From positions 29,278 through 93,277 of the forward strand of contig CAKSEF010000001.1 in assembly GCA_934446465.1 (NCBI GenBank): a DNA stretch of 64,000 nt, read 5' to 3'. Position 1 is the first letter of the stretch, and every line of letters starts with the position of its first letter. Source of the DNA: an uncultured Oscillospiraceae bacterium (GTDB taxonomy: Bacteria > Bacillota > Clostridia > Oscillospirales > JAAYXM01). The notes below the pieces were generated by a model. The model had not been told where the DNA came from. It saw nothing but the letters and a program-made list of their open reading frames with translations, and searched no databases. This document shows positions 46,019 to 55,048 of this stretch, piece after piece. The position numbers and the translations under genes were made by a program.

Positions 46019-47362
46019 ATGGCAGACACGATTGCGGCGATATCGACACCGCCGATTAAGGGTGCAATCGGTATAATACGGATATCCGGCGATAATGCCC
46101 TTTCAGCGGCGAAGCGTGTCTTTTGCGGAAGTCTTGAAAATCCGCGTGAGATGTATGCGGGAAATATGCTGACTTCATGCGGAGATGTTTGCGATTTCGG
46201 CATGGGTGTATATTTTAAAGCGCCTCGAAGCTACACGGGCGAGGATTGTGTTGAGCTGTACTGCCACGGTTCCCCCTCCGTTCTGCGTTTGGTCCTATCG
46301 GCGCTGTACTCCGCCGGCGCACGGCCTGCGCGTGCGGGGGAATTTACCGAGCGCGCTTTCCTCAACGGGAAGATGGACTTAACCCAGGCTGAAGCCGTAA
46401 TTGACCTGATAGACTCGGAAACGGAAACCGCATCGAGAAATGCCGCGGAACAGATGAACGGACGTCTCGGTTCCGAAATATCCGCGATTGCCGAGGATTT
46501 AACTCACATAGCCGCGGAGTTTTACGCATTCATTGACTATCCCGATGATGAAATATCCGAAACAGACCGCAAGTCCCTGATAAGAAAACTGCGCGAGGAC
46601 GCATCACGTTCAGACGCGCTTGCCAAATCATATGAAAACGGACGGCTTGTCCGATGCGGAGTCAGAACGGCTCTTATCGGGAAGCCGAATGTAGGAAAAT
46701 CCTCCATTCTCAATTTGCTTATCGGGACTGAGAGAAGCATCGTAACGGATATTGAGGGTACTACGCGCGATACCGTTGAGGAGTCTGTAAGCATAAACGG
46801 GCTCATGCTTCGGCTTATTGACACTGCCGGAATGCGAGACGCTTCAAGCGAACCCGAAAGGCTCGGTATAAAGCGGAGTGCCGACGCTGCGGACAGTGCC
46901 GACTTAATCCTTGCCGTATTTGACCTTTCCCGAAAATTCAATGAGTTTGACCAAAAGGTTCTCGACATTGCAAGGAGCAAGAAATCAATCTGCGTATTAA
47001 ACAAATCAGACCTCAAGCGCGAACTCGACACAGGAGCATTTGACGGGCTCTCCGTTATTACGCTGTCGGCAAAAGACGAATTGTGCCGTGAAAAGCTTTC
47101 ATCACTCATATATGAGACTGTCGGTGCGGCGGGGATTTCCTGCGACGGAAGCACCGTTACCAATCCGCGCCACGCATCTGCGCTTTCGCGCGCGGCAGAA
47201 AGCATTTCTGCCGCGGCGGACGCGCTTGAAGCAGGACTTTATCCCGATGCTTCCATGTGCGATGTTGAATCCGCGCTGAATGTGCTCGGCGAAATTACGG
47301 GAAAACGTGCTTCGGAGAGCATTGTCTCCGAGATATTCAGCCGTTTTTGTGTCGGCAAATAG
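46019..47362 (+). CDS. mnmE: tRNA modification GTPase MnmE (TrmE)
   Basis: I place the start at MADTIAAISTPP (AGGAGG SD 10 nt upstream). G-domain motifs GKPNVGKSS and DTAG are present, and the C-terminus is FCVGK. Confidence 0.9.
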   Translation: MADTIAAISTPPIKGAIGIIRISGDNALSAAKRVFCGSLENPREMYAGNMLTSCGDVCDFGMGVYFKAPRSYTGEDCVELYCHGSPSVLRLVLSALYSAGARPARAGEFTERAFLNGKMDLTQAEAVIDLIDSETETASRNAAEQMNGRLGSEISAIAEDLTHIAAEFYAFIDYPDDEISETDRKSLIRKLREDASRSDALAKSYENGRLVRCGVRTALIGKPNVGKSSILNLLIGTERSIVTDIEGTTRDTVEESVSINGLMLRLIDTAGMRDASSEPERLGIKRSADAADSADLILAVFDLSRKFNEFDQKVLDIARSKKSICVLNKSDLKRELDTGAFDGLSVITLSAKDELCREKLSSLIYETVGAAGISCDGSTVTNPRHASALSRAAESISAAADALEAGLYPDASMCDVESALNVLGEITGKRASESIVSEIFSRFCVGK

Positions 47363-47364
47363 TT

Positions 47365-48513
47365 TTATTTTGCGGTTTTGAGAATTGGCGCAAGTTCGCC
47401 TCCAAGCAGTTTTATTGATTCTATTGCTTCGGAAAGCGAGTTTGCGGAAGTTCCGACCTCCACGAGCATTGAGCCCGTTGTCGCGTGCATATTAAAACGC
47501 TCCTTTCTCAAATTCATGGGACGCATGAGCGTCGGATATTTATTGGCAAGGGCATTCTGGAGCTTCACGGCAAGCTTAAGGTTCTCCGCCCAGTTCGGAT
47601 GCGGAAGTCCGCTTTCGCCCGTAGACATAACTATCATCATCTGCGCGCACTTTTTTCCGTCTAAGTTTGCAACCGTTCTGTATTTAACCCCGTCTTTAGT
47701 CGTCATCGAATCACGGTGAAGGTCAATGATTACTTTTATTGACGGGTTGCTCTTTAATGTCTTTCCTATTGCCGTGAGCGTTCTTGTATATGACCCATTA
47801 TAAGACGGGCTGTCGTATATATTTCTGTCGTGAATGACGGATATTCCGTTTGCCTTGAGCGTGGCGGCAAGCTCATCTCCCACTCTGATTACGTTATAGC
47901 GCGTGTCGCTCGTGCGCTCAACATCGGTAAGTGTATATGAATCCCTTCCCTGCGGAAAATAGCTCTCGCTCCCGTGTGTATGCACTATGAGTACATGCGG
48001 TCCTTTCCCCGTCAATTTAAACGGCAGCTTTGCACCGAGAAGCCATTTCACGTCTATTCCCTTTGTACTGTCGTTTTTTATCCATATGTTGTTATACTTC
48101 ACATACCCTTTTTCGGATTTTGGATTTATCGTTATATCCTCTATCGGGTATGTGTTTTCTTTTTTTGTTCCGCCGGGTGTATATTCCCACACCGTCAGGT
48201 TTCTCTTGTTCTCCGTTTTCGGTGTTTCCTGCGATGTTTCCTGCGGCGTTTCGGTTTCCAATGCGCTTTCGGCACAGAAATTTTCTATCAGCTTCCGTGA
48301 GACTTCACCCCCGTCGGCCATCTGCATTTCCTGTGAAAGCGCATACTTTGCGAAATCTTCATTATTTGCGGCGCGGTCCATTATTGAGCTTATCCATTTT
48401 TCCGCGCCGAGTGCGGAGAAGATTTTTATCGCAATTCCCGCCCCGATTAAAATTAACGCTATCCGTCCGATGTATCCGTTTTTTCTTCTATCCCTCATTT
48501 TCGGCCTCCGCAA
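47365..48513 (-). CDS. spoIIP: Stage II sporulation protein P (SpoIIP amidase/endopeptidase family)
   Basis: N-terminal TM anchor and the SpoIIP core LIVHTHGSESY ... NVIRVGDELAATLKANGISVIHD ... IDLHRD. Confidence 0.85.
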   Translation of the reverse strand: MRRPKMRDRRKNGYIGRIALILIGAGIAIKIFSALGAEKWISSIMDRAANNEDFAKYALSQEMQMADGGEVSRKLIENFCAESALETETPQETSQETPKTENKRNLTVWEYTPGGTKKENTYPIEDITINPKSEKGYVKYNNIWIKNDSTKGIDVKWLLGAKLPFKLTGKGPHVLIVHTHGSESYFPQGRDSYTLTDVERTSDTRYNVIRVGDELAATLKANGISVIHDRNIYDSPSYNGSYTRTLTAIGKTLKSNPSIKVIIDLHRDSMTTKDGVKYRTVANLDGKKCAQMMIVMSTGESGLPHPNWAENLKLAVKLQNALANKYPTLMRPMNLRKERFNMHATTGSMLVEVGTSANSLSEAIESIKLLGGELAPILKTAK

Positions 48514-48546
48514 AAAGTACTTTACTAAAATTATATTTCCGAAGGC

Positions 48547-48578
48547 GAAGAAAAATGACGGTGCTTAGCACCGTCATT
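48547..48578 (-). terminator. Rho-independent terminator after yabR
   Basis: On the minus strand: aatgacggtgc-taa-gcaccgtcatt followed by TTTTCTTC. Confidence 0.8.
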
Positions 48579-48587
48579 AACACATTC

Positions 48588-48995
48588 TTATTTTCTTCCG
48601 CGGCGTGAGTTCGAACGCCTGTCGGAATACTGCTTAATACCCGAAATCTTGCTGTCGCTGTCTTGCAGGAACTGTTTGAGCTTATCCTCGAATGTCATCT
48701 CGGACGGTTCCTTTACTGCGGGACGCTTAGGTGCAAAGCTCGGTGCGGGACGCTGTTCGCGGGGGAGCGCCTTGCGTATGGACAGGCTTATCCTTCCGTT
48801 TTCGTCTATTCCTATTACTTTGACCTTAACCTCCTGACCCTGTGTCAGATGCTCGTTTATATCATTTACAAACGAATGGGAAATTTCCGAGATATGTACC
48901 ATGCCGCTCTTCCCCTCATCGAGCGACACGAAGGCTCCGTATTTTGTTATTGACGTAACCTTTCCAGTGCAAATTGCGCCTACTTCGAGTCCCAT
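48588..48995 (-). CDS. yabR: S1 RNA-binding domain protein (YabR-like)
   Basis: 135 aa. S1 domain GKVTSITKYGAFVSLDEGKSGMVHISEISHSFV ... VKVKVIGIDENGRISLSIR, with a basic tail. Confidence 0.85.
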   Translation of the reverse strand: MGLEVGAICTGKVTSITKYGAFVSLDEGKSGMVHISEISHSFVNDINEHLTQGQEVKVKVIGIDENGRISLSIRKALPREQRPAPSFAPKRPAVKEPSEMTFEDKLKQFLQDSDSKISGIKQYSDRRSNSRRGRK

Positions 48996-49033
48996 ACTCT
49001 GTTTTGTTTCCTCCTTTGTATTTTTAAAAAGCG

Positions 49034-49324
49034 TCAGCTTCCCGACACGTCTACGAAAACACGTTCGTTCGGTGCGGCATATCCCTGTTTCTGTGCCTCT
49101 TCCTTCATATACTCATCGTCTACCTTATCTTCCAAAGCCTGCTCGAGCTGTGCCTTTTTCATGGTTTCAGCGGCAATGCTCTCATCGAGCGATTTTGTGT
49201 CGCTCTCAAGCTTGTTAATCTTAACCTGTGTAGAAATCAAGGTAACAGCCGTATACACAACAAATGCAACAAGTATCAGTTTAGGGAACAGTCCCTTGCG
49301 TTTCTTCTTTCTTCTTGCCGACAT
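49034..49324 (-). CDS. divIC: Septum formation initiator (FtsB/DivIC family)
   Basis: 96 aa with a basic N-terminus, one TM segment (LILVAFVVYTAVTLI) and then a coiled coil. Its position after yabQ matches Bacillus. Confidence 0.8.
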   Translation of the reverse strand: MSARRKKKRKGLFPKLILVAFVVYTAVTLISTQVKINKLESDTKSLDESIAAETMKKAQLEQALEDKVDDEYMKEEAQKQGYAAPNERVFVDVSGS

Positions 49325-49799
49325 TTTTACCGCCCTTTCTCTTTCGTATCCTTGCCGCGCGAACCTTTTTCCGCACGCTGTTTTCCGCGCTGTGTTCGAG
49401 CTTCTTTCCGCCGCGCCAAATCATTCTCAGAAGAAGATAAAGCGGGCGCGTTATAAGGCTAAGCACCTTTCTGACGGCCGAAACCGATGCGCGCATCACT
49501 TTAAACACAATCATGCTCAGTGCCGATGTGTAAACAAATCCGCCTGCCAGCACCCCGAAGAGCACATACCAGCGCATACGCCCGCCGGAGACGGTTAGCG
49601 TAAACGCACACAGCGAAACTATGGCAACGAGCCAGAACAATATGTCGAACAGTGCTGTAACCGCTTTCTTTTTCGGTGCATATGAGCGTGCCGTTTTAAC
49701 AACGTCAAACAACACCCCGAGACACAGCCCCAAAAGCGCGGAATACAGAAATTCTATCGTCTGTGCCGATACTGAATTTACCACGGTCTCACCGCTCAC
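49281..49799 (-). CDS. yabQ: Spore cortex biosynthesis protein YabQ
   Basis: 172 aa with about 4 TM segments and FLYSALLGLCLGVLFDV near the N-terminus. Its GTG start overlaps the yabP stop (GTGA). Confidence 0.8.
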   Translation of the reverse strand: MSGETVVNSVSAQTIEFLYSALLGLCLGVLFDVVKTARSYAPKKKAVTALFDILFWLVAIVSLCAFTLTVSGGRMRWYVLFGVLAGGFVYTSALSMIVFKVMRASVSAVRKVLSLITRPLYLLLRMIWRGGKKLEHSAENSVRKKVRAARIRKRKGGKNVGKKKEETQGTVP

Positions 49800-50080
49800 T
49801 TAAACAGGCGCGACCAAAAGCCGCCGTTTTCCGTATGTTCCGTGTACTCGACGGAATCTATTGTTCCCTCCAACGCAAGTTCTCCCGTTTCTAAGCTCAG
49901 GCGTTCGATATGAAGACCCGCTCCGCGGACGGTAAGCATACCCCGGTTCGTATAGAGGGCGACCGTACCGTCATCGAAATTATCGACGTCTTCAACACCC
50001 GACACACTCATTTTTGAACGATTTTCTATTATGATATTCTGCGGAATATCGCGCTTAAGACTTTTATCATCAAACTGCAT
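49796..50080 (-). CDS. yabP: Sporulation protein YabP
   Basis: I place the start at MQFDDKSLKR (AGGAGGTG SD). The YabP core is IIIENRSKMSVSGVEDVDNFDDGTVALYTNRGMLTVRGAGLHI. Confidence 0.85.
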   Translation of the reverse strand: MQFDDKSLKRDIPQNIIIENRSKMSVSGVEDVDNFDDGTVALYTNRGMLTVRGAGLHIERLSLETGELALEGTIDSVEYTEHTENGGFWSRLFK

Positions 50081-50156
50081 CGCGCACCTCCTATATTCAG
50101 TAGAATATATTCCGTGCACATACCGTTTATTCGCAAATTAACTAATATATAAAAAA

Positions 50157-50399
50157 TCAGCGCACTTCTTCATACATTGTGTGCGCCTCGTCCTTACCGA
50201 TATGGTCAGATACGGCAAGCACACGTATCTTGAGCGTACGCGTACCGAAAGCAATTTCAATAACGTCGGAAACCTTGACGTCGTATGACGCCTTAACCGC
50301 CCTGCCGTTGACTGAAATTCTGCCGTTGTCGCAAGCCTCGTTTGCGACGGTTCTTCTTTTTATAAGCCTTGAAACTTTAAGATACTTATCTATCCGCAT
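50157..50399 (-). CDS. yabO: S4-domain RNA-binding protein (YabO/Hsp15-like)
   Basis: 80 aa: MRIDKYLKVSRLIKRRTVANEACDNGRISVNGRAVKAS. Confidence 0.85.
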   Translation of the reverse strand: MRIDKYLKVSRLIKRRTVANEACDNGRISVNGRAVKASYDVKVSDVIEIAFGTRTLKIRVLAVSDHIGKDEAHTMYEEVR

Positions 50400-50492
50400 A
50401 AATTACCTTCTGCGTAATCATTAATTTTTACGTTTGCTTTGGTTTTCTGCCTGTGGGCGGGAGCCCCCGCCCACAATGGCTAAAAAACACTA

Positions 50493-50765
50493 TTACTTGG
50501 AAACAGCGTCCTTAAGAGCCTTACCGGCCTTGAATACCGGATTCTTGGAAGCCGGGATTGTTATTGTTTCCTTAGTGCGCGGGTTTCTGCCCTGTCTTGC
50601 CGCACGGCACTTAACCTCAAATGCACCGAAACCTACGAGCTGAACCTTGTCGCCCTTCTTAAGTGCGGCAGTGATAGCGTCAATCGTTGCGTTGAGAGCC
50701 TTCTCAGCATCCTTCTTGGAGAAACCTGCTTCTGCTACTGCATTTACGAGTTCTGTCTTATTCAT
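50493..50765 (-). CDS. hup: Nucleoid protein HU
   Basis: 90 aa: MNKTELVNAVAE ... VQLVGFGAFEVKCRAARQGRNPRTKETITIPASKNPVFKAGKALKDAV. Confidence 0.95.
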   Translation of the reverse strand: MNKTELVNAVAEAGFSKKDAEKALNATIDAITAALKKGDKVQLVGFGAFEVKCRAARQGRNPRTKETITIPASKNPVFKAGKALKDAVSK

Positions 50766-50831
50766 CTGTTTTTTGCCTCCTTTGTTTTTCTTTATCTAAA
50801 AGGTTTTTATAAACCGTTTTAGCACATCCTG

Positions 50832-51575
50832 TTACATGAGCTTATCCGCATTAGAGGACAGGAGCTCTTTCAGTTCCATGCCTTCCTCATCGGCGGATTT
50901 TTCGAGTTTTCCAAACTCATCAAGAAACCTGTTGTTCTTTCTGTCCAGCTCTTCCTCCGCGTTCCTGCCGAGAAGAATCGACAGCTTCACTGCGCTCATC
51001 AGAATCGAGCCGACATCGATATCCTCACCCTTGGAAAGCTCACGCGCAATATCCTCCGATAAGCCCTTGATATCCTTCTGCGGTATGCCCGCCTTCTTTC
51101 CCTTTTCACACAGCTTCTGCGCACGCATAAGCGACGGTAGACTCCTTGCAACGGAATCCATTGCCGCGAAGTGGTTTTTCTGCTTTTTTTCCTTGCGTTT
51201 AAGCTTATCCCACTCTGTGAGCACCTCTGCCGCCGTTCCCGCCGAAGCATTTCCGAAAACGTGCGGGTGTCGCTCGATGAACTTTTTACACACACCGTCC
51301 GCAACATCGTCAATGTTGAATCTGCCCGCTTCGGACTCTATCTGAGCATGAAACACGACTTGTGCGAGAACATCGCCGAGTTCCTCAAGAAGCAATTCGG
51401 AATCGTCATTGTCGATTGCCTCACAGGCTTCAAAAACCTCCTCGACAAAATTCATGCGCGTGCTCTTGTGAGTCTGCTCAATATCCCACGGACAGCCGCC
51501 GGGTGAGCGAAGTATTCTTGTGATTTCAACAAGGTCGTTAAAATCATAATCTTTCTTCTTTAAAAAATTTACCAT
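50832..51575 (-). CDS. mazG: MazG-family nucleoside triphosphate pyrophosphohydrolase (YabN-like)
   Basis: I place the start at MVNFLKKKDYDF. MazG motifs are GCPWDIEQTHKS and EELGDVLAQVVFHAQ, with a second degenerate repeat. Confidence 0.85.
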   Translation of the reverse strand: MVNFLKKKDYDFNDLVEITRILRSPGGCPWDIEQTHKSTRMNFVEEVFEACEAIDNDDSELLLEELGDVLAQVVFHAQIESEAGRFNIDDVADGVCKKFIERHPHVFGNASAGTAAEVLTEWDKLKRKEKKQKNHFAAMDSVARSLPSLMRAQKLCEKGKKAGIPQKDIKGLSEDIARELSKGEDIDVGSILMSAVKLSILLGRNAEEELDRKNNRFLDEFGKLEKSADEEGMELKELLSSNADKLM

Positions 51576-51633
51576 ATTTATCACTCCTTTGCAAGTGTTT
51601 TTTTGCAATTACCTTAATTTTTCAATCATTACT

Positions 51634-53208
51634 TTAAAATTTGAATACTTTTCCGCCGCGAAAAAGCAACATAAACTCCTTTTTGCTCACCGCACGCACG
51701 CAAAAACACGTTACGGCACACGCCAAAAGCCCCACGGCAACGGAAATGAAAACAGCCGCGCCGTTTCCGAAGTACTGAGAAAGCTGTTTCACAGAAACAA
51801 AAGACGCGCAGAAAGTTACTCCGCCCACAATCAGCGGTTTAATAAACACCTGTTCATAGTCAATATCCAAAAAATCGTATTTTCTGAGCTGCAATGAGTT
51901 TGAAACAGCTATGGCAAGATATGACAGGACCGTGCTTATCGCCGTTCCGTATATATTTATATCGGCACAGCTTATGAGAATTATATTCGAAAGGAGCTTA
52001 ACCGCGCCCCCGACAAGTATTGATGCTACCGGCACAAAAACTCTTCCAAGCGATTGATGCACGGAATTTGTAAGCGTGGAAAACGACAGAAACGGTATTG
52101 CCGCGGTGAGTATCGACAGAAGCAGTGCCGATGTGTTTATACACTGTTCCTCGACAAAATTCCCGTACAGGAGCGAAAGTATCCCGTTTGAGAGGGCACA
52201 CATTCCGCCGGCGGCGGCAAACGAAAATATCATTCCTGTTTTCAGTGCGGAATTTACCGTCGAATCGAGAAGTCTGTACTCTTTTTTTGCAAATGCACCC
52301 GACACCGCAGGTATGAGCGTAGTCCCCACGCACGTTACGACGGCTGACGGAAGATTAAACAGATTGAGCGAGTAATTATATGCTCCGAACAGCCATTTCG
52401 TTTCATTTTCCGAAAATCCGATATGTTTTAGCAGATTCATTACCAATGCGCTGTCTATAACATTCGTAAGACTGATTACCGCCGCGCCTGCGCTTATAGG
52501 CACCGCAAGCGACAGAAGCTCTTTAAGTATACGCATACTCCCGCTCTTTTCGCGTGTATATGCCCTTTTCCGCCTGTCGCGGAGAAACAGAAAATAGACC
52601 GCAGACATCAATGCGCCGATGCTTACACCCAGAACCGCGCCCGCACTTACGGCAGAATCTCCGAATCCGCTCTTTTTCATATACCACGCCGCGGAAATGC
52701 CGAAGACCAATTTCCCGAGTGCCTCTATGATTTCAGAGACCGCGGTCGGATACATATTGAGCCTGCCCTGAAAATATCCGCGGCTGATGCTCGATACCGA
52801 AACAAGCATGACTGCGGGCGAAATTGCGCGTATTGCGGCGGCAGAATCCTTACTGCCCATAAAATTCCCTATTTGCTCCGCAAAAACAAACATTATAACG
52901 AAGCCGGCAGCTCCGATTAGCGAAAACGCGCCAAGCGCCGATTTGTATATACGCTCGCTCCGTGCATAATCCCCGCGCGAACACGCCTCGGAAATCATTT
53001 TTGAAACTGCGGACGGAAGTCCCGCTGTCGAAATGACGAACAACAGTGCATAGATACTGTAAGCTATTGAAAAGTTTGCAGTGCCGACGGGACCGAGTAT
53101 TGCCCCGAGCGGTATTTTATAGAACGCGCCTATTATTTTGACGATAATGCCCGCCGCGGTAAGTATTGCCGCGCCATGCAAAAAGCTCTGTTTTCGTTCC
53201 GTCTGCAC
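51634..53208 (-). CDS. MOP-superfamily flippase, SpoVB/YabM/MurJ-like
   Basis: 524 aa with about 14 TM segments. N-terminus SFLHGAAILTAAGIIVKIIGAFYKIPL. It sits upstream of mazG like B. subtilis yabM. GTG start with a GGTGTGAGG SD. Confidence 0.75.
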   Translation of the reverse strand: MQTERKQSFLHGAAILTAAGIIVKIIGAFYKIPLGAILGPVGTANFSIAYSIYALLFVISTAGLPSAVSKMISEACSRGDYARSERIYKSALGAFSLIGAAGFVIMFVFAEQIGNFMGSKDSAAAIRAISPAVMLVSVSSISRGYFQGRLNMYPTAVSEIIEALGKLVFGISAAWYMKKSGFGDSAVSAGAVLGVSIGALMSAVYFLFLRDRRKRAYTREKSGSMRILKELLSLAVPISAGAAVISLTNVIDSALVMNLLKHIGFSENETKWLFGAYNYSLNLFNLPSAVVTCVGTTLIPAVSGAFAKKEYRLLDSTVNSALKTGMIFSFAAAGGMCALSNGILSLLYGNFVEEQCINTSALLLSILTAAIPFLSFSTLTNSVHQSLGRVFVPVASILVGGAVKLLSNIILISCADINIYGTAISTVLSYLAIAVSNSLQLRKYDFLDIDYEQVFIKPLIVGGVTFCASFVSVKQLSQYFGNGAAVFISVAVGLLACAVTCFCVRAVSKKEFMLLFRGGKVFKF

Positions 53209-53267
53209 AAAGCCTCACACCTTTACATAAGATGTTTGAACTTATGCAGAAAACAACAGCTTTATTC

Positions 53268-54539
53268 TCAGGAGCGTACCGCGCGCATTATGCGTTCCTT
53301 ATCAATCGTCTTAAATTCTCCGTTTTCATACAGGATACGCCCGGAAACGATATTCATAACAACATCGCTTCCGTGAGCCGAGTACACAACGTTAGACACG
53401 GCGTTGTGGCACGGAATGAGATGCGGGCGGTCAAAGTCAAGCATAATAATATCAGCTTCAAGCCCTGCCTTAATCATTCCGCAGTCAGTTCTGCCCTGTG
53501 CTTTTGCTCCGTTTACCGTAGCACATTTGAGAGCCGTATAAGCGTCTATTGCCGTTGGATTATTCAATGCTCCCTTATGGAGTATGGCAAGAAGTTTTAC
53601 TTCCTCATACATATCCAGGTTATTGTTGCTCGCCGTTCCGTCCGTGCCGAGCGTTACATTGACATTCTTTGCAAGCATTTTGCAGACGGGTGCAATTCCC
53701 GACGCGAGCTTCAAATTGCTCACGGGGCAATGTGCAACTGATGCGTCTGCATTCTTCATTATTTCAATATCGTCCTCCGACACAAAACAGCAATGGGCCA
53801 GAAGCGGTGATGTTCCGTCAAAAATACCCTCATCCTTAAAGAGCATTGCCGGTGTTTTTCCGTATTTTTTAATACAAGCCTCATTCTCGCTTTTCGTCTC
53901 CGACATATGAATCTGCAAAACCTGACCGTTTTCTCTTGCCATATGTGCGGCTTTCTTTCTCAGCAGAGGTTCGCTTGTGTATTCGGCATGTATTGAAACA
54001 TCCGCGCGCAGCCTTCCCCCATCTGCCATATGAACGCGCTCCGTAAGGCGTTTTGCCTCTGCAACCCTCTCATCGTTTTCAAAATTCTCGCCGTTTCCGA
54101 CAAGCGAGCGGGAGAGATTCGCTTTCATTCCCGATTCTTCGACTGCATCTGCGATCTCGTCCGTAAAAAAGTAGCTGTCGGAAAACGATGTCGTTCCCGA
54201 AGCTATCATTTCCGCGGCGGCAAGCGACGCTCCGGCGCGCACTTTTTCCGGCGTCAGCTTGTCCTCTGCGGGCCAGATATGCTCGTTTAACCAAACGGAA
54301 AGCTCGCAGTCGTCCGAGAGTCCGCGGAAAACCGTCATCGGAATATGCGTATGCGTATTGACAATCCCGGGCATCAGCACTTTTCCCGAAGCGTTTATTA
54401 AACGTTTTGCGTCTGTATTCGGACGCGACTTTCCGACATATGCAATTTTTCGGCCTTCTATCGCAACATATGCATTTTCGATATACGGTTCATCGTCGCA
54501 CATAGTTATGACTTTTGCGTTTTCAAAAAGTATATCCAT
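53268..54539 (-). CDS. mtaD: Amidohydrolase, 5-methylthioadenosine/S-adenosylhomocysteine deaminase-like
   Basis: I place the start at MDILFENAKVITM (GAGGAA SD). Metal motif PGIVNTHTHIPM, then HMSET and GTDGTASNNNLDM. Confidence 0.8.
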   Translation of the reverse strand: MDILFENAKVITMCDDEPYIENAYVAIEGRKIAYVGKSRPNTDAKRLINASGKVLMPGIVNTHTHIPMTVFRGLSDDCELSVWLNEHIWPAEDKLTPEKVRAGASLAAAEMIASGTTSFSDSYFFTDEIADAVEESGMKANLSRSLVGNGENFENDERVAEAKRLTERVHMADGGRLRADVSIHAEYTSEPLLRKKAAHMARENGQVLQIHMSETKSENEACIKKYGKTPAMLFKDEGIFDGTSPLLAHCCFVSEDDIEIMKNADASVAHCPVSNLKLASGIAPVCKMLAKNVNVTLGTDGTASNNNLDMYEEVKLLAILHKGALNNPTAIDAYTALKCATVNGAKAQGRTDCGMIKAGLEADIIMLDFDRPHLIPCHNAVSNVVYSAHGSDVVMNIVSGRILYENGEFKTIDKERIMRAVRS

Positions 54540-54554
54540 CAATAATTCCTCAAA

Positions 54555-54594
54555 GCTGACGGCTGCACAACGGCAGCCGTCAGCGTCTTTTTTT
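54555..54594. terminator. Strong hairpin whose T-run is on the plus strand, between two minus-strand genes
   Basis: gctgacggctgc-acaacg-gcagccgtcagc (12 bp) is followed on the plus strand by cgtcTTTTTTT. On the minus strand only TTTGAGG follows, and that runs straight into the mtaD SD. Confidence 0.4.
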
Positions 54595-54991
54595 AATCGT
54601 CGAGTTTTGCACCGCAGGCGGAGCAGTACAGAGAATCCCGCGCGTTCTGCTTGCCGCACAGAGCACACTTCTTTGTTTCCTTTTCCGCTTCAAGCGAGGC
54701 TCGGAGCTCCTCTATTTCCTTATTCTTTTCGTCTATTGCGAGGAGTCTTGCGTCGAGCTCCTCAGAGGATGTCTCCTCATTGCAGTGAGCCATGTAAATA
54801 AGACGGCCGACTTCCTTATAAAGCACTTCGATATCCGTTGTAAGGTCAAAAATCTTAAGATTGATTTTTGAAGCGTTTATAACACCGCTTGCCTTCTTGC
54901 CTGCCGTTGCCGCGGTCTTTGTCGCAAATTCTCCCGCAGCGGTTGCGCCCGCGCATACCTTATCCACGATTGATTTAAGCTTATCGTTCAT
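54593..54991 (-). CDS. Coiled-coil protein with a C-terminal zinc ribbon (function unknown)
   Basis: 132 aa with the C-terminal motif CALCGKQNARDSLYCSACGAKL (CxxC-N10-CxxC). The rest is predicted helical. Confidence 0.6.
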   Translation of the reverse strand: MNDKLKSIVDKVCAGATAAGEFATKTAATAGKKASGVINASKINLKIFDLTTDIEVLYKEVGRLIYMAHCNEETSSEELDARLLAIDEKNKEIEELRASLEAEKETKKCALCGKQNARDSLYCSACGAKLDD

Positions 54992-55048
54992 TCAAAACGC
55001 CTCCTACATTTTTTCTTTACATGATTATACTCTCTTTTGCCCTGAAAA

